A DNA stretch of 57,711 nucleotides, the filler included, from Jimgerdemannia flammicorona (lineage: Eukaryota), in assembly GCA_003990765.1 (NCBI GenBank). It is 2 parts of 2 records of this genome, joined end to end, with 100 filler letters (N's around TTAATTAATTAA, not from the genome) between each part and the next. Parts side by side here need not be neighbours in the genome. Positions count along the whole stretch, not along the records: positions 1 to 28,813 come from RBNJ01000540.1; 1 more part is not named here. The stretch is one strand, 5' to 3'. Position 1 is the first letter of the stretch. Each line of letters begins with the position of its first letter. A model generated the notes under the pieces. That model was not told the origin of the DNA and ran no database searches. It saw only the letters and a program-made list of their open reading frames with translations. The translations under genes and the position numbers were made by a program. This document shows, in pieces, positions 12,401 through 23,990 of this stretch.

Positions 12401-12974
12401 GACTCAGAACCACCAAACCGAAGGAATGATACTCAGTATAAGAAGACTGAAGCCCATCCTGTGGAAGATTTTGAGGAAGCAAGCAACAGTGAAGACTATA
12501 GTGATCTAGACTTATACCCTACCAAAGTTACCACCCAGAAAACAGTCTACCCAGTAGAGAAGAGGAAGAGACCTGTAGGAAGGCCATCCAGAAACATCAG
12601 CAGGAGAATTATCCAAGAGGAGGATGAAGAACATGAAGAGAAGCAGGTAGAAATACCTCCCTGAACCCCCTCACCTTTTGTCCCCGAGACAAATGAGTTA
12701 CCATCAGAGGATGAAGAAATGGAACAAGAAGAACAGGGACCTGTTTCCCCAAAGCCCAAGAAGAGGTACACTCTGAAGACCATGTCTAGAGACATTTATG
12801 ATGAAGCCTGGCAGAAGATTCAAGAGGCCAAGATGGAAGTCCCCCTTCTGTAGTTCCTGCAACTGATACCAGCAGGAGTCCAAAACAAATTGCTGAGAAC
12901 TACCAGGTCTAGCACTGGCTGAGTTCCAATCCCACAGCAAGAACCAGCTTCCATCTCTGTCCAAGCAGCCAAAA

Positions 12975-13340
12975 GACATGTCAGCACCTACTTACATGGA
13001 GATATTGGAGGACAAAAAGTGAAAATCCTCATAGATACAGGAGCAGCCATCTGTATCATCATCAAATGATTCTTGGACACCCTCCAATGGCCCATTGATG
13101 GACCATCCAACCTCAGCATCATAGTAGCAGATGGAGCCTGAACTCAACCTCTTGGAGAAGTATGAAATATCACCATCTCTCTTGTACACATTCAGTTTTC
13201 TATTCCAAAAGCTGTTGTCACTGAAGCTGTCACCTATGATATGATTCTTGACACCAACTGGATGAAGAAAATGAATGCAGTTGTTGATATTGGTCAACAA
13301 ATACTTAAGTTTGATTACTGAGGCAAGAAATATAGAGTTA
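12975..13340 (+). pseudogene. Retroviral-type aspartic protease
   Basis: KVKILIDTGAAICII at ~13016-13060, followed by IIVADG..TQPLG and YDMILDTNWMKK. Confidence 0.9.
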
Positions 13341-14659
13341 AGGTGACCAGCTATGAGCAATCAAAGAAGAAGAAGAAGGTCACTATTCAGGAAGAATATG
13401 CCAGCAGTGAAGAATCTACCACAGAAGAAGAGGAAGAATCTGAAGATGGAAATGATCCCAGACTCAACCCCCAAATTAACCTGGTGGATGACAGACCAGA
13501 AGACAATGTGTGGGCTAAGAACACCATCCCCATCACCATTGGAGCTATTGCAGGAGAAGCCAAAGGATGCCCTATCTGCCTCAAGAGACACAAGTGTCCT
13601 GAGCACTCCTCCAAGATCATGGGAACAAGGAAATTGCCTGGCACAGCCTGCCCAGAGTGCAGAAGGAAGAAGAAGAAATACAGACATGTTCCAGAAATAC
13701 CTGCAACCAAAGCTGCAGAAGTACAAGCAATTTGGGATCAAGAATCATCTGAGGAAGAAGAAACTTCTGATCAAGAAGTCCCTGAACAAGAAGTATCTGA
13801 AGAAGAAGAAGTCCCTGAACTCATCCCCTGGAATGATCCTCATTAGACACCACCCGAGGACAATGACCCTTGGAACATAGAAGAAGGACTCAGTACAATC
13901 ACCATTATCCCAAAGAAAGAAACTCACCAAGAAAAGGCTTTTAGAATGGGAAGATGTCCACACTGAATGGTCTTCCATTCACCCTGAGACTACTGCTATC
14001 AGTGTCATCTGTTGGACCAATAAGAAAGACAGAGACCCCTCAGACCAGAACCTCCAACTACACTTGCACAATCAACTACCTTTCAAGAAGTTACCACAAG
14101 GTTACAAAGTCGATTTAGAGGACAAGGCTTCTTCACCCAAACAGAAATATATCCCTTGTTTACTCTTCCTCCAACTTATGATCAAGATGGGTACCATTTC
14201 CCAAGACAACAAGAAATTAATAACCAGGAACATCATTTCCGAGCAATGGGATATTGCAACCATGGAAGACACCCAGACTGCTGAGACTGCAGGCATCAGA
14301 AGATCCATCTCAGTCATGATGTTGTAGTCCACACTTTGAAGAGAGGAGATAACCGAAGCCAGATCCAAAAAAGCCAGATCCAAAAAAGCCAGACCAAAAA
14401 GCTAGAAAGAAGGACCCTCAAGATCTATAATCTGGGAGAAGACATCCTAGCTCTCATCAGACATGCAACCCGCCAAGGATGGGCAGAAGATGCCACCAAC
14501 TTCATGGAAGCCCTAAACCCTACAGGAAGAAGGGGAATCAACTACCTCCAAGACCCCTCTACTGGAGCCAGATGGCCACACCTCAACCTCAGAGCCTGGA
14601 GGCTCTCTGCTAGTGGAGCCTCAGCCCTAGGACAGCCTGAACTTAGCAAGGACATTGCC

Positions 14660-15065
14660 CAGTATGCCCTGCTACATCCCAAGGCCAAACCCCTGACCAA
14701 AGCCCACCCAGAAGATGTAAGGTATGATCTTCACAGTCTGGAGAATGAATCTATCAAACCTGGAAAAACCTTCATGATCAGAACCAGATTAGCTATGCAG
14801 CCACCTCAAGGATTTTATATCCAACTGACCTCAAGGTCTGGACTTGCTGGACAAGGAATAACTGTGGAAGGAGAAACCATTGACCCAGGATATATAGGCA
14901 AAATCAAGGTCATCCTGCACAACAGCAGTGCAGAATGGCACCAAATCATTAGAGGACAGAAGATTGCTCAGGCAGTCTTCATAAAAGTCAAGACCCCACA
15001 GTTACAAGAAGTCTCTAAACTAACTGAAGGAACAAGACAAGCTAAGGGATTTGGAAGCTCAGACA
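14660..15065 (+). pseudogene. dut: Trimeric dUTPase domain inside pol
   Basis: ORF 14336-15178 carries all five dUTPase motif regions: DVRYDL, TSRSGLA, GETIDPGYIGKI, GQKIAQAVF and RQAKGFGSSD. Confidence 0.9.
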
Positions 15066-15559
15066 GGAAAGAAGTACACCTCCTTCAAGTCAACCACCTC
15101 AAGAGAAACATTCCCCAGCAAGTGTACCAGCAACCAGTCAGGCTGCACAAAAACCTTATCCTAGAACCTGGAGAATAAACCACATTCGAAATCTTTGTAC
15201 CACCTGACCCCAGAAACCTTTTCTTTGAACCCAAGGAGGATATCCCACACCTGGACATAGAGGGACACACATTCTCTGATAAGATGAATCCAGTACACTC
15301 CCAAGGAACCAACTAAAGTTGGGAGACTATCATCTTGCCAAAAGGAACCATTATAGGACATCTGGTGCCTTTTCTTAACCGAACTCATAGGGAAGTTTAT
15401 AAACTAAATCTATTGGGAAATAGCAAAAGGTCCCAGAAGAAAGGAAAGGCCCCTCTGTGACCCAGGAGACAGTGAAGCCTTCCACCAATATTGGAGAAGA
15501 ATTGACATCCTAACAACAACAACAACTAGTAGAACTTCTCAACAAATATCAAGATATCT

Positions 15560-16887
15560 TCACTACTGATTATGGCAACCTGCTATACAATTCATCATAC
15601 CACTACAGCATAAATACAGGAAATGCAACACCCATCTGGCAGAAACCCTATAGAATACCCCATCACTTAAAAACATTTGAAAAGGAGCACATTCAAGAAC
15701 TCTTAGACAATAGAGTCATCTGACCCTCCACTAGCCCCTGGGCTAGCCCTATACTTATTGTACCAAAGAAAGGAGGATGGAGACTCTGTGTGGATTACAG
15801 GAAACTCAATTCAGTCACTGAAAAGGATGCCTATCCTTTGCCCAGAATTGATGACCTTTTGGACCAGTTACAAGATGCCAGATACTTCAGCAGTATGGAC
15901 CTCTTCACAGAATTTCATGAGATTCTCATGGACCCCAAAGACATTCAAAAGACAGCCTTCCTTGCCCTAGAAAAACTGTTTGAATACCTGCAAATGCCCT
16001 TTGGACTTTGCAATGCACTCCCCACTTTTCAGAGGATGATGAATTCAGTCTATGCCCCCCTGATCCACCACTGTCTGATTGTATACATGGATGATTCCAA
16101 CATCTATTCAGCAAATTTCGAAGAACACCTGCACCACCTGGAGGAATTCTTCAAGCTCACCCACAAAAACCACTTGAGACTGAATACAAAGAAATACTAC
16201 TTTGGAAAACAGAAACTTGAATTTCTTAGATTCATAGTTTCAAAAGAAGGAACCCATGCAGACCCAAAGAAAACCAAGAAGATCAACAATTGGCCAGTAT
16301 CCAAGACCCCAAAGGAAACACTATCATTCCTGATACTAGTATCCTACTACAGAAGATTTATCAAGGACTTTGCCCAAATTGCTGCCCCAATCTGAATCCT
16401 TTTCAAGAAAGGAGTACCATTCAAATGGACAGCATCACAAGAAAAAGCTTTCAAAGAACTCAAGAACTGTATGACTACAGCACCAATCCTTGTGTGCCCC
16501 AATCTACAGAAGCCATTCATCTTGTATACAGATGCTTCTAAAGATGGCCTCGGAGCAGTTCTAGCTCAAGAAGGACCCAATCAACAGCACTATATAATAG
16601 CTTATGCAAGCAGAGCTACCAATCAACAGCAGATGAACTATGGTAGCACCAAACTGGAATGTCTTGCAGTTATATGGGTGGTCACTCTGTCCAAGCATTA
16701 CCTCATCAGAAAAAGATTCACCCTGTTCACAGACCATGTAGCCCTCAAATGGTTATTCAACTACAAGGAACCCACCAGAATCCTAGCCTGCTGGATCCTT
16801 ATCCTTTAGGATTACAAAATCACCATCATCCATAAAGCAGGAAAAGCTTACAACAATGTTGATGTACTTTCCCGCCAGCTTCAATGA
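15560..16887 (+). pseudogene. pol: Reverse transcriptase and RNase H
   Basis: Contains SPWASPILIVPKK, RLCVDYRKLN, YPLPRIDDLL, MPFGLCNA, VYMDD (16081-16095), LYTDASKDGLGAVL and TDHVALKWL. The frame ends DVLSRQLQ*. Confidence 0.95.
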
Positions 16888-17964
16888 ACCAGAAGAAGGG
16901 TGTCCTGAGGAACTATACTCTAAAGGAAGCTCCTCAGACTATCAGGGAACAAGAAGATCTCATCTAACAAGAACATCAGAAAGCCCACCAAGGACAGATA
17001 AGCATAGAAGACAAGATTTGAAAACAATATCAACATTGGCCCCACCTCAGAACCCAAGTCTGAGACATCATTCAAAAATGTGACATCTGCCAGAAGTACT
17101 AAGGAAAGAAGAACTATCAAGCCCCTCTGCAACCGATTCCCCCACCCACTCACATCTTTCAAAGATGGGGAATAGATGTAATTGGACCTCTACCAGTTAT
17201 ACCAAGAAGAAACAAATATATCCTTGTATTTGTGGAACATCTGACCAAGTGGCCTAAAGCTTTCCCAATGGAAATTGCCAATGCCCTAACCATTGTAGAC
17301 CTTCTCCATGGACTGACACTCAGATATGGACCCCCAGAAGAACTCATCTCTGACTGAGGCACAGAATTTGTCAACAACATAATCACAAGTTATGCTTGAA
17401 TTTCACAAAATACATCTCAAACGGACCACATCATACCATCCCCAGACTAATAGCATGATAGAAAGAATGAACCAGACCATTAAGAAAGGACTTGCCTGAG
17501 TCAATTCTACCAATTGGGACCTCTGCTTACCTGAGATCCTATGGGAAATTCAGAACACCCCTGCCATCTCAACCAAACAAAAGCCATTTGAAATGATGTT
17601 TGCCAAGAAAACGAGAACTGCTGACCATGAGAACCTTGGAGATCTTCTCAAGAAGGCAGAACAGTTACATAATCAGGCCTGAGGTCAGATTATCAAAGCC
17701 CAAGAAAGACAAAAGAAGTACTATGACCAAAGATAGAAGGATCAGGAGATCAAGATTGGAGATCAAGTACTAGTTTGGAGAAGTATGATTGAAACAAACT
17801 TTGCTGCCAAATTGGAGCCCAAATGGGAAGGACCTTATCTTGTATACAACATTAGGGGAACCAGCATCTATTTAAGAAGCATGGATGGATGAACCCTGAA
17901 GACACCAGTACACATCAATTGCCTCAAGATATACCTCTTCTCACACCATGAACCAGAGAATTGA
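16884..17964 (+). pseudogene. Integrase (HHCC, DDE core, GPY/F; no chromodomain) in a separate ORF
   Basis: The ATG at 16884 overlaps the RH stop. Motifs: HQKAH...CDIC, GIDVIGPLP, ISD(R)GTEF, YHPQTNSMIERMN and KLEPKWEGPY. Confidence 0.9.
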
Positions 17965-18460
17965 CAACCACCTCCAAACCCTTATCCTCAGTTCCCTCTA
18001 AGCCCTACCAGTTCCTCTGCCTCAGTTCTGGGAACCCAATGGAACATATCTTCAGAAAATTCGAGTTCATCAAGAGAACCTCACCGTGGCCAAGAGGCTA
18101 CTCTAAGTCCACCAGCTGCAGGCATACTATGCAATTGGAGAACAATTGCAGAATCTTCCCCTCCCGGACCTAACCTATGTCTATAACACCACTGGCCTGA
18201 ACAGAAGGAATATTACTACTGCAGACAGACTATACACAATATACAAACAAAATCCTTCCACCTTAATCTAGGTCCAGTTCTCTCTGAATGACCTCCAAAG
18301 GATGATACTGCCCACCTACCTCAGCATCATTCACCAAGTAGAGATCCTATTTCCCAAGGAAGAAGAAGAGCCCCTGGAATGGAGTGACCATAGCTCAGAT
18401 GATAATGATGGAACAGGTATAGATGTAGAAGCTGCTTATGCCTATTGGGATGATGACTGA
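17948..18460 (+). pseudogene. ORF3 of element B (170 aa of unknown function, 3 internal stops at probable Gln codons)
   Basis: Manual translation gives MNQRIDNHLQ...LQAYYAIGEQL...NITTADRLYTIYKQNPSTLI.VQFSLNDLQRM...DDD*. It is similar to the ORF3s of C, D and E. Confidence 0.75.
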
Positions 18461-18499
18461 AGAATAGTCTGGGACAGACTACCCTTCAGTGGGGGCTGA

Positions 18500-19829
18500 T
18501 ATAACAGACCAAAATATACTATCTGAATTATAACTTAGCCAGATGACATGAACAATTAGCATACTTACTCAGCATGATGTGACTTCCAGTATATCATAGT
18601 TACCTATGCCCATCACACTTATAATTAGCCAAGATACCAGATCAGGATTGTTTACCTGTATCCTGAGGACACACTCATATCCTGCAGACACACTTATGTC
18701 TTGCAGACACACTCATGTCCTGTGGACACACTTATGTCCTGCAGATACACCTGTACCCAGAGGACACACCCAAGCATTACCAGAAGTAGCAAATCTATAG
18801 TTAGCCACATAGTAACCAGATAGCAACCAACTTGTATAAATTACCCCAGAGACAAGAGTGAATAAACCTCAGTCCAAAATACAAACACCAAAGAAGCCTC
18901 TAAAGATTGAGCATTGGTCCCCTTTCTACTCCAGTCCACTTTCCGATACAAAGCTTGAAGATTTGCCACCAAGTTCAAGGAAGAACTTCACTGCCTTTGG
19001 AATTATTGGTATACTTACCAGACTAAGCCTGAATAATCTGAGTTTGCTGCCAAGTTTGAGGAAGAACTTCACCGCTTTTTGAAGAACTGCTACTTAAGGA
19101 ATAAGCCACGCTATTGGTATGCTTGCCAGATAAGCCTAAAGAACCCAAGTTTCTGCATTTCCAGAGAGCCTTGCCACAAGCCAGTCCCTGACACAACTTC
19201 GCAGTGATCTGTTCATGCAAACGAAGTCAGTCTAGATGCAACTTGCCAAGAACCCAAGTTATTTCCCAGAAGCCACCGATTCAGGAAGAATCCATACCAT
19301 CTAAGTTTTCTAAGTTATCCACTGTATTCCCAGTTGAAGCCACCAATTCAGAAGAATCTGCACCATTGTTGTTCCCAGTGAGCCAAACTGAGTTATCCAC
19401 CAGAGATCACATACTTTTGGAGACTGCCATCACCTAAGAAGGAAACTGCTCATGCTACATACAAATTCTGCTATTCCCAGTTGACCTGAATAAGGAATAC
19501 ACTCATGCTACACAAGATTGTCACCCAGAAATCGCATAAGGAGAACTGCTAAATTACCAGACCATTATGCACAAGGAGATCATCATGCTATACAAAAAAT
19601 CAACCACTACCCAAGAAGGAAACCCATTCACAAACTGCTGCTATACCTAGAGAACTGTCCCAATTAGGAAATCAACACACAAATTGCTCGCAGATATCCA
19701 GCTTTGACTATTATACCGCTAAACACCAAGAACATTTTGTTGCTTTTTGACAAAGTAACTGGGGGCTCAAGCCAAACTACATCAACTCTCAATCTTGTAA
19801 TTTGCCTCTATTGAGCCAGGCACATTACA
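18500..19829 (+). repeat. 3' LTR of element B
   Basis: Runs T(A)TAACAGACC...CATTACA and has the same length as the 5' LTR. It is preceded by a short G-rich tract (AGTGGGGG). Confidence 0.95.
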
Positions 19830-20030
19830 GTACTATATCAAATATATCTAGTTTGATTATTGAGTTCTTGTGAGCTGAAAAGTTATATAGATTTCTAGTT
19901 AAATCTCCAAATATAATATACTAGCTCAATAGAGACAAATTATAAGGTTAGACAGCTATGTAGATTGGTTTGAGCTCCTAGTTACTTTGTTAAAAAATAA
20001 TAAAATATTCAATAGTCTCTTATTTATATA
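19830..20030 (-). mobile_element. Remainder of Gypsy A: leader, PBS region and U5 end of its 5' LTR
   Basis: The reverse complement matches 10830-11010 (U5 end, PBS and CAGCTCACAAGAAC..CAAACT.GATATATTTGATA). Confidence 0.8.
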
Positions 20031-20269
20031 GTATAGATTCAGTAGTTTTATATAATATAGCAAATTTGATAGACTTCTTAAATAATATATATTCTATATT
20101 ATTTTAATAACAACTCAATATATCAATATATGACTTATATCATCTCATCAGTTTTATATTATTCATTAGTAATATATGAAATATATAATTTATTATAACT
20201 TTAATAAAATTAACCTCTTGTTCTCTTTTACAATATAGATTATATATAAGCTCTATTAGTACTAAGTAG

Positions 20270-23200
20270 TATAATATAGCAGATGTATAACTGTGTAAGT
20301 TGTTTGGATTTTTATATCTTGAAAATGTAATCTTCTTTAACTCTGTAGAGTCCTCAGAATACTGGGGTGGGTGAGTTCAAAGTATATCTACCTGTAGACT
20401 TACTAGTTCTCTTGTATTCTCTTTACTTTAAACTATTTTGATCTGAGGTTTATTTACTCTAGATACTGGGATATTTATACAAGTTTACTAGCTATAAGGT
20501 GGCTAAGTTATGAGTTACTTTTCACAAGTATTGTATTTTTTAGTATCTGCAGAATCTTTAGTAATTACTAAAGTTTTCTACATTGTAAAATATAACTGCT
20601 ATTTATAAGACTATGCTATATTTGGGAATTAGATTCAGATACTATAATCAAATGTCTATTTTTATGATTTATGTTTTTAATTTAGATCAACCATATCAAC
20701 TTCCTCTTGAATAGATAATTTATCTCTGAAATATCCTATTCAAACTCCCAAGTCTTGATCAATTAAATCTCTTTGTACTGTGTGATTTGTGCCATTATAT
20801 TCTTCTAATATTGTCTTTTGATATATCTAAAGTCTCCTGGAGCTACTTCTTGAAAATAAGCTAGAGCTGTTTTATCTTTTTTAAATAACTTATATACTCT
20901 TTTGCTAATAGTGTGACAAACTGCAAAATGTAGCAATCCCAAAACCCAACCAGGTGATGTGAACATTAGCATAGTAACCAGCAACCATTACTGTGGAAAA
21001 TGTATAAATAATCCAGATAGCCAAAGAAAGGAAAAACCCTGACAGTGGCTGTCACCCTGACAGTGGCTATCACCCTAACAGTGGCTATCACCCTGACAGT
21101 GGATGTCACCCCATAAATAGCATTCTATAGTTAGCCACATAGCAACCAGATAGCAACCAACTTGTATAAATTACCCCAGAGACAAGAGTGAATAAACCTC
21201 AGTTCCAAAATACAAAGCAAAAGACAAGTCTGCCTACTATACTTCGAGAGATATGTCTGCCAAAAGCCACTTGATCCTAAAGGAATTGGATTGCAACACT
21301 TAGGAGAAATGCCTGCTCTACAGCTACTACTAGGAGATTGTGAGCTTTGCCCCTTTCTCACTCCAGTCTACTTTCTGATACAAAGAACGAGTCTGTTTTT
21401 TTGGTTCGCTTGCCAGATAAGCCTGAAGATTTGCCACCAAGTTCAAGGAAGAACTTCGCCACCTTTAAGTTATCTGCCATATTTCCAGTTGAAGCTGCCG
21501 ATTCAGAAGAATCCATGTCATCTGCCACTTTCGAGTTATCCGTATTCCCAGAATCTGTGCCATTGTATTCTCTGAAGAGCCCGAATCAGAAGAACCTGTG
21601 CCATTTGAGTAGTATCCCCAGTTGAAGCTGAACCCACAACATCCGAGTTATCTGAATTATCTGCGCCATCTGAAGTTATCCATTGTTTCTAGTGAGCCTG
21701 AGTTATTAAAGATATCCGCTGCCAGTATAATTCCCAGTAAGAAGAATCCACAACATTCAAGAAGCCCGCTACTTTTGGAGAACCTGTACCAAATCGAGAA
21801 GTCTGCCAAAATCATCCTGCCAGAAATTGCATACTTTTGGAAATTATCATGCTATACAGAGATCATCACACAGAGATCGCCGCCACCTAAGAAGAAGAAC
21901 TGCTAAATTGCCAGACCATCACACATAGAGATCATCATGCTATATATGAATTCTACTATTCCCAGTTGACCCAAGAAGGAAACCTGTTCATACATACAAA
22001 TCGCCACTACACCCAGAGAACCATCCCAATTAGGAAATCAACATACAAATCACTTGCAGATATCCAGCTTTGACTATTATACTACTAAACACCAAGGACC
22101 TCAGGAATCTTAGAATATTTTGTTGCTTTTTGACAAAGTAACTGAGGGCTCAAGCCAAACTACATCAACCCCCAACCTTGTAATTTGCCTCCATTGAGCC
22201 AGGTACATTACAATAGTAATCTAAGTATAAGAGAGATACAATCTTCTTTTTCCATTTCTGACTTTGAGTTTAGTAGTTGTCTCAACTTAAAGTATTTCTG
22301 GAACTCAGTTTGGTTCTGGTAGGCCCTGAAATATGAGATTTATAATAGATATATCTATACTATACTCTGGTTACTATCAAAGGATTTCTCTATAGTTAGT
22401 GGCTCAGTGGAACACTACTATCTTTCTATGGCTCATTGGATAGCACTGATAATCTTGAGAGTAATAGCATTACTTTACTAGCTAGTCATGATATTTTTTA
22501 AGTCAGTTTCAGTAGATAGTAGTGGAGATGATTATGCCTAAAGGTTTTTATAACCAAAAGATGATTCCTTTTATATCTTATACAAGATAAGATCCTTTCC
22601 ACTTAGGTTTCAGCTTTTATGACTATAAAGCTTTTACCATATTCTGATATACTAGGACTTTGTCTCCTATCTTAATAATCTCTAGAGCCTTGTGAATCTT
22701 TTCTGTATTATTCTATTGTAGTACCTGTACTTTAGTTATATAATCTTCAGCCTTCTTCCTAATTTGATATAATCTCTATATCTCTGTATCTATATGTTTT
22801 CATATAGTATCTTCATTAGATAATAAGGTTTCTTAAGAACTTTCTTCTCTGAACAGTATATATCTCCTGAGAAGTAAAATGGGTACTTTGTGATTGGATA
22901 TCTTGGAGAGCAGATAATGCTATTGGCAGATAGTGGTATCAGTTTTCATAGTTAATAGATCTTAGTGATGACATTCTTGAGGGTCTTGTTGGTCTTTTCT
23001 ACTTGTCTATTTCTCTAGAGTAATAGACTGTAGCCTGAATATACTGGATCTTATACTTCTTATAGAGAACCTTGAAGAACTGGTTTATGAATTCTATTCC
23101 TCTATCTGTTATTACTTGTGTTGGGGTCTTGAATTGGCAGATAATTTCTTTATGGAAGAAATTGATAATTAACTATGCATTGGCTTCTTTGAGAGGTCCT

Positions 23201-23990
23201 GCCTCTATCCATTTTATAAAAAGATCTACAATGATGATAATGTATCAGTTGCCAGTCAAAGTCAAAGATAGAGGGTCAATTATATCTATTACAATGTGTG
23301 TAAAGAATACTAGTTCTATATATACTAATTCAGGATTTTGATTTCATTAGTCTTGTTTCTGTTTTTGGTATTTATTACAGATCTTAACAAATTATCTGAT
23401 ATCTTTCTCCATTCCTAACTACTACATTGTTCTTCTTACTTTATCATATATATTTGTTTCTTCTAGATAACCAAGTTCATGTACTGATTTCATTACTTGC
23501 TCCTTCTTATATTTGGGTATAACTAGTAGCTTTCCTTTCTTCAATATTTCTCCATCAGTTTCAAATTATTTCCATATTCTGTTGATAATCATTTGTGTCT
23601 ATTCTCCCAGATGTTGGGGTATCTTTCACTGTTCCAGATAGGTGATAATTCCATAATAGAGTTCTTTATTTATAGTTGATTTGCTGGTTGGGGGTCCTTT
23701 GAGATATCTATGAGAGGGCATTGAATTGATATTACATAGTTCTTCTGGAGCAGTACATGATAGTGAGGGCTGAGTAGTCTATCTAAATAGTGAAGTGTCT
23801 TTCTATAAGGTAGTAGTGGAGCTTCTCTATGGCTCAGATAACTGTAAGACATTTCAACTTATAAGATTCATACTCTTTTTCAGCTTCTTGGGTTCTTTGG
23901 CTGAGATATGCATTTATATATTCTACCTTATCTTTCTTCTGAGCCAGGACTGCTCCTAGTCCTTGTATACTCTAAATTTGAGTATATTAT
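20270..23990 (-). mobile_element. Degenerate Ty3/Gypsy element C (3' LTR ~20270-20698, ORF3, integrase, partial RNase H)
   Basis: Its LTR and ORF3 are homologous to element E (29376-30340), and its IN/RH are homologous to element D. ORF3 is split by a solo LTR. Confidence 0.85.
20912..22212 (+). mobile_element. Solo LTR related to the family-B LTR
   Basis: Runs TGTGACA...CATTACA and is flanked by ATAG at 20908-20911 and 22213-22216. It shares the TATA/AATAAA core and U5 end with B and has 19-bp repeats at 21036-21112. Confidence 0.9.

Larger units (their letters stand above)
9596..19829 (+). mobile_element. Full-length Ty3/Gypsy LTR retrotransposon B (dUTPase-bearing, extra 3' ORF), inactivated
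   Basis: It has paired 1330-bp LTRs, a GTAC duplication at 9592-9595 and 19830-19833, a PBS, and the domain order gag-PR-RT-RH-IN. Confidence 0.95.

Noticed and set aside
17948..18460. env gene or chromodomain
   Set aside because: None of the ORF3 copies shows a signal peptide, TM helix or chromodomain aromatic pattern.
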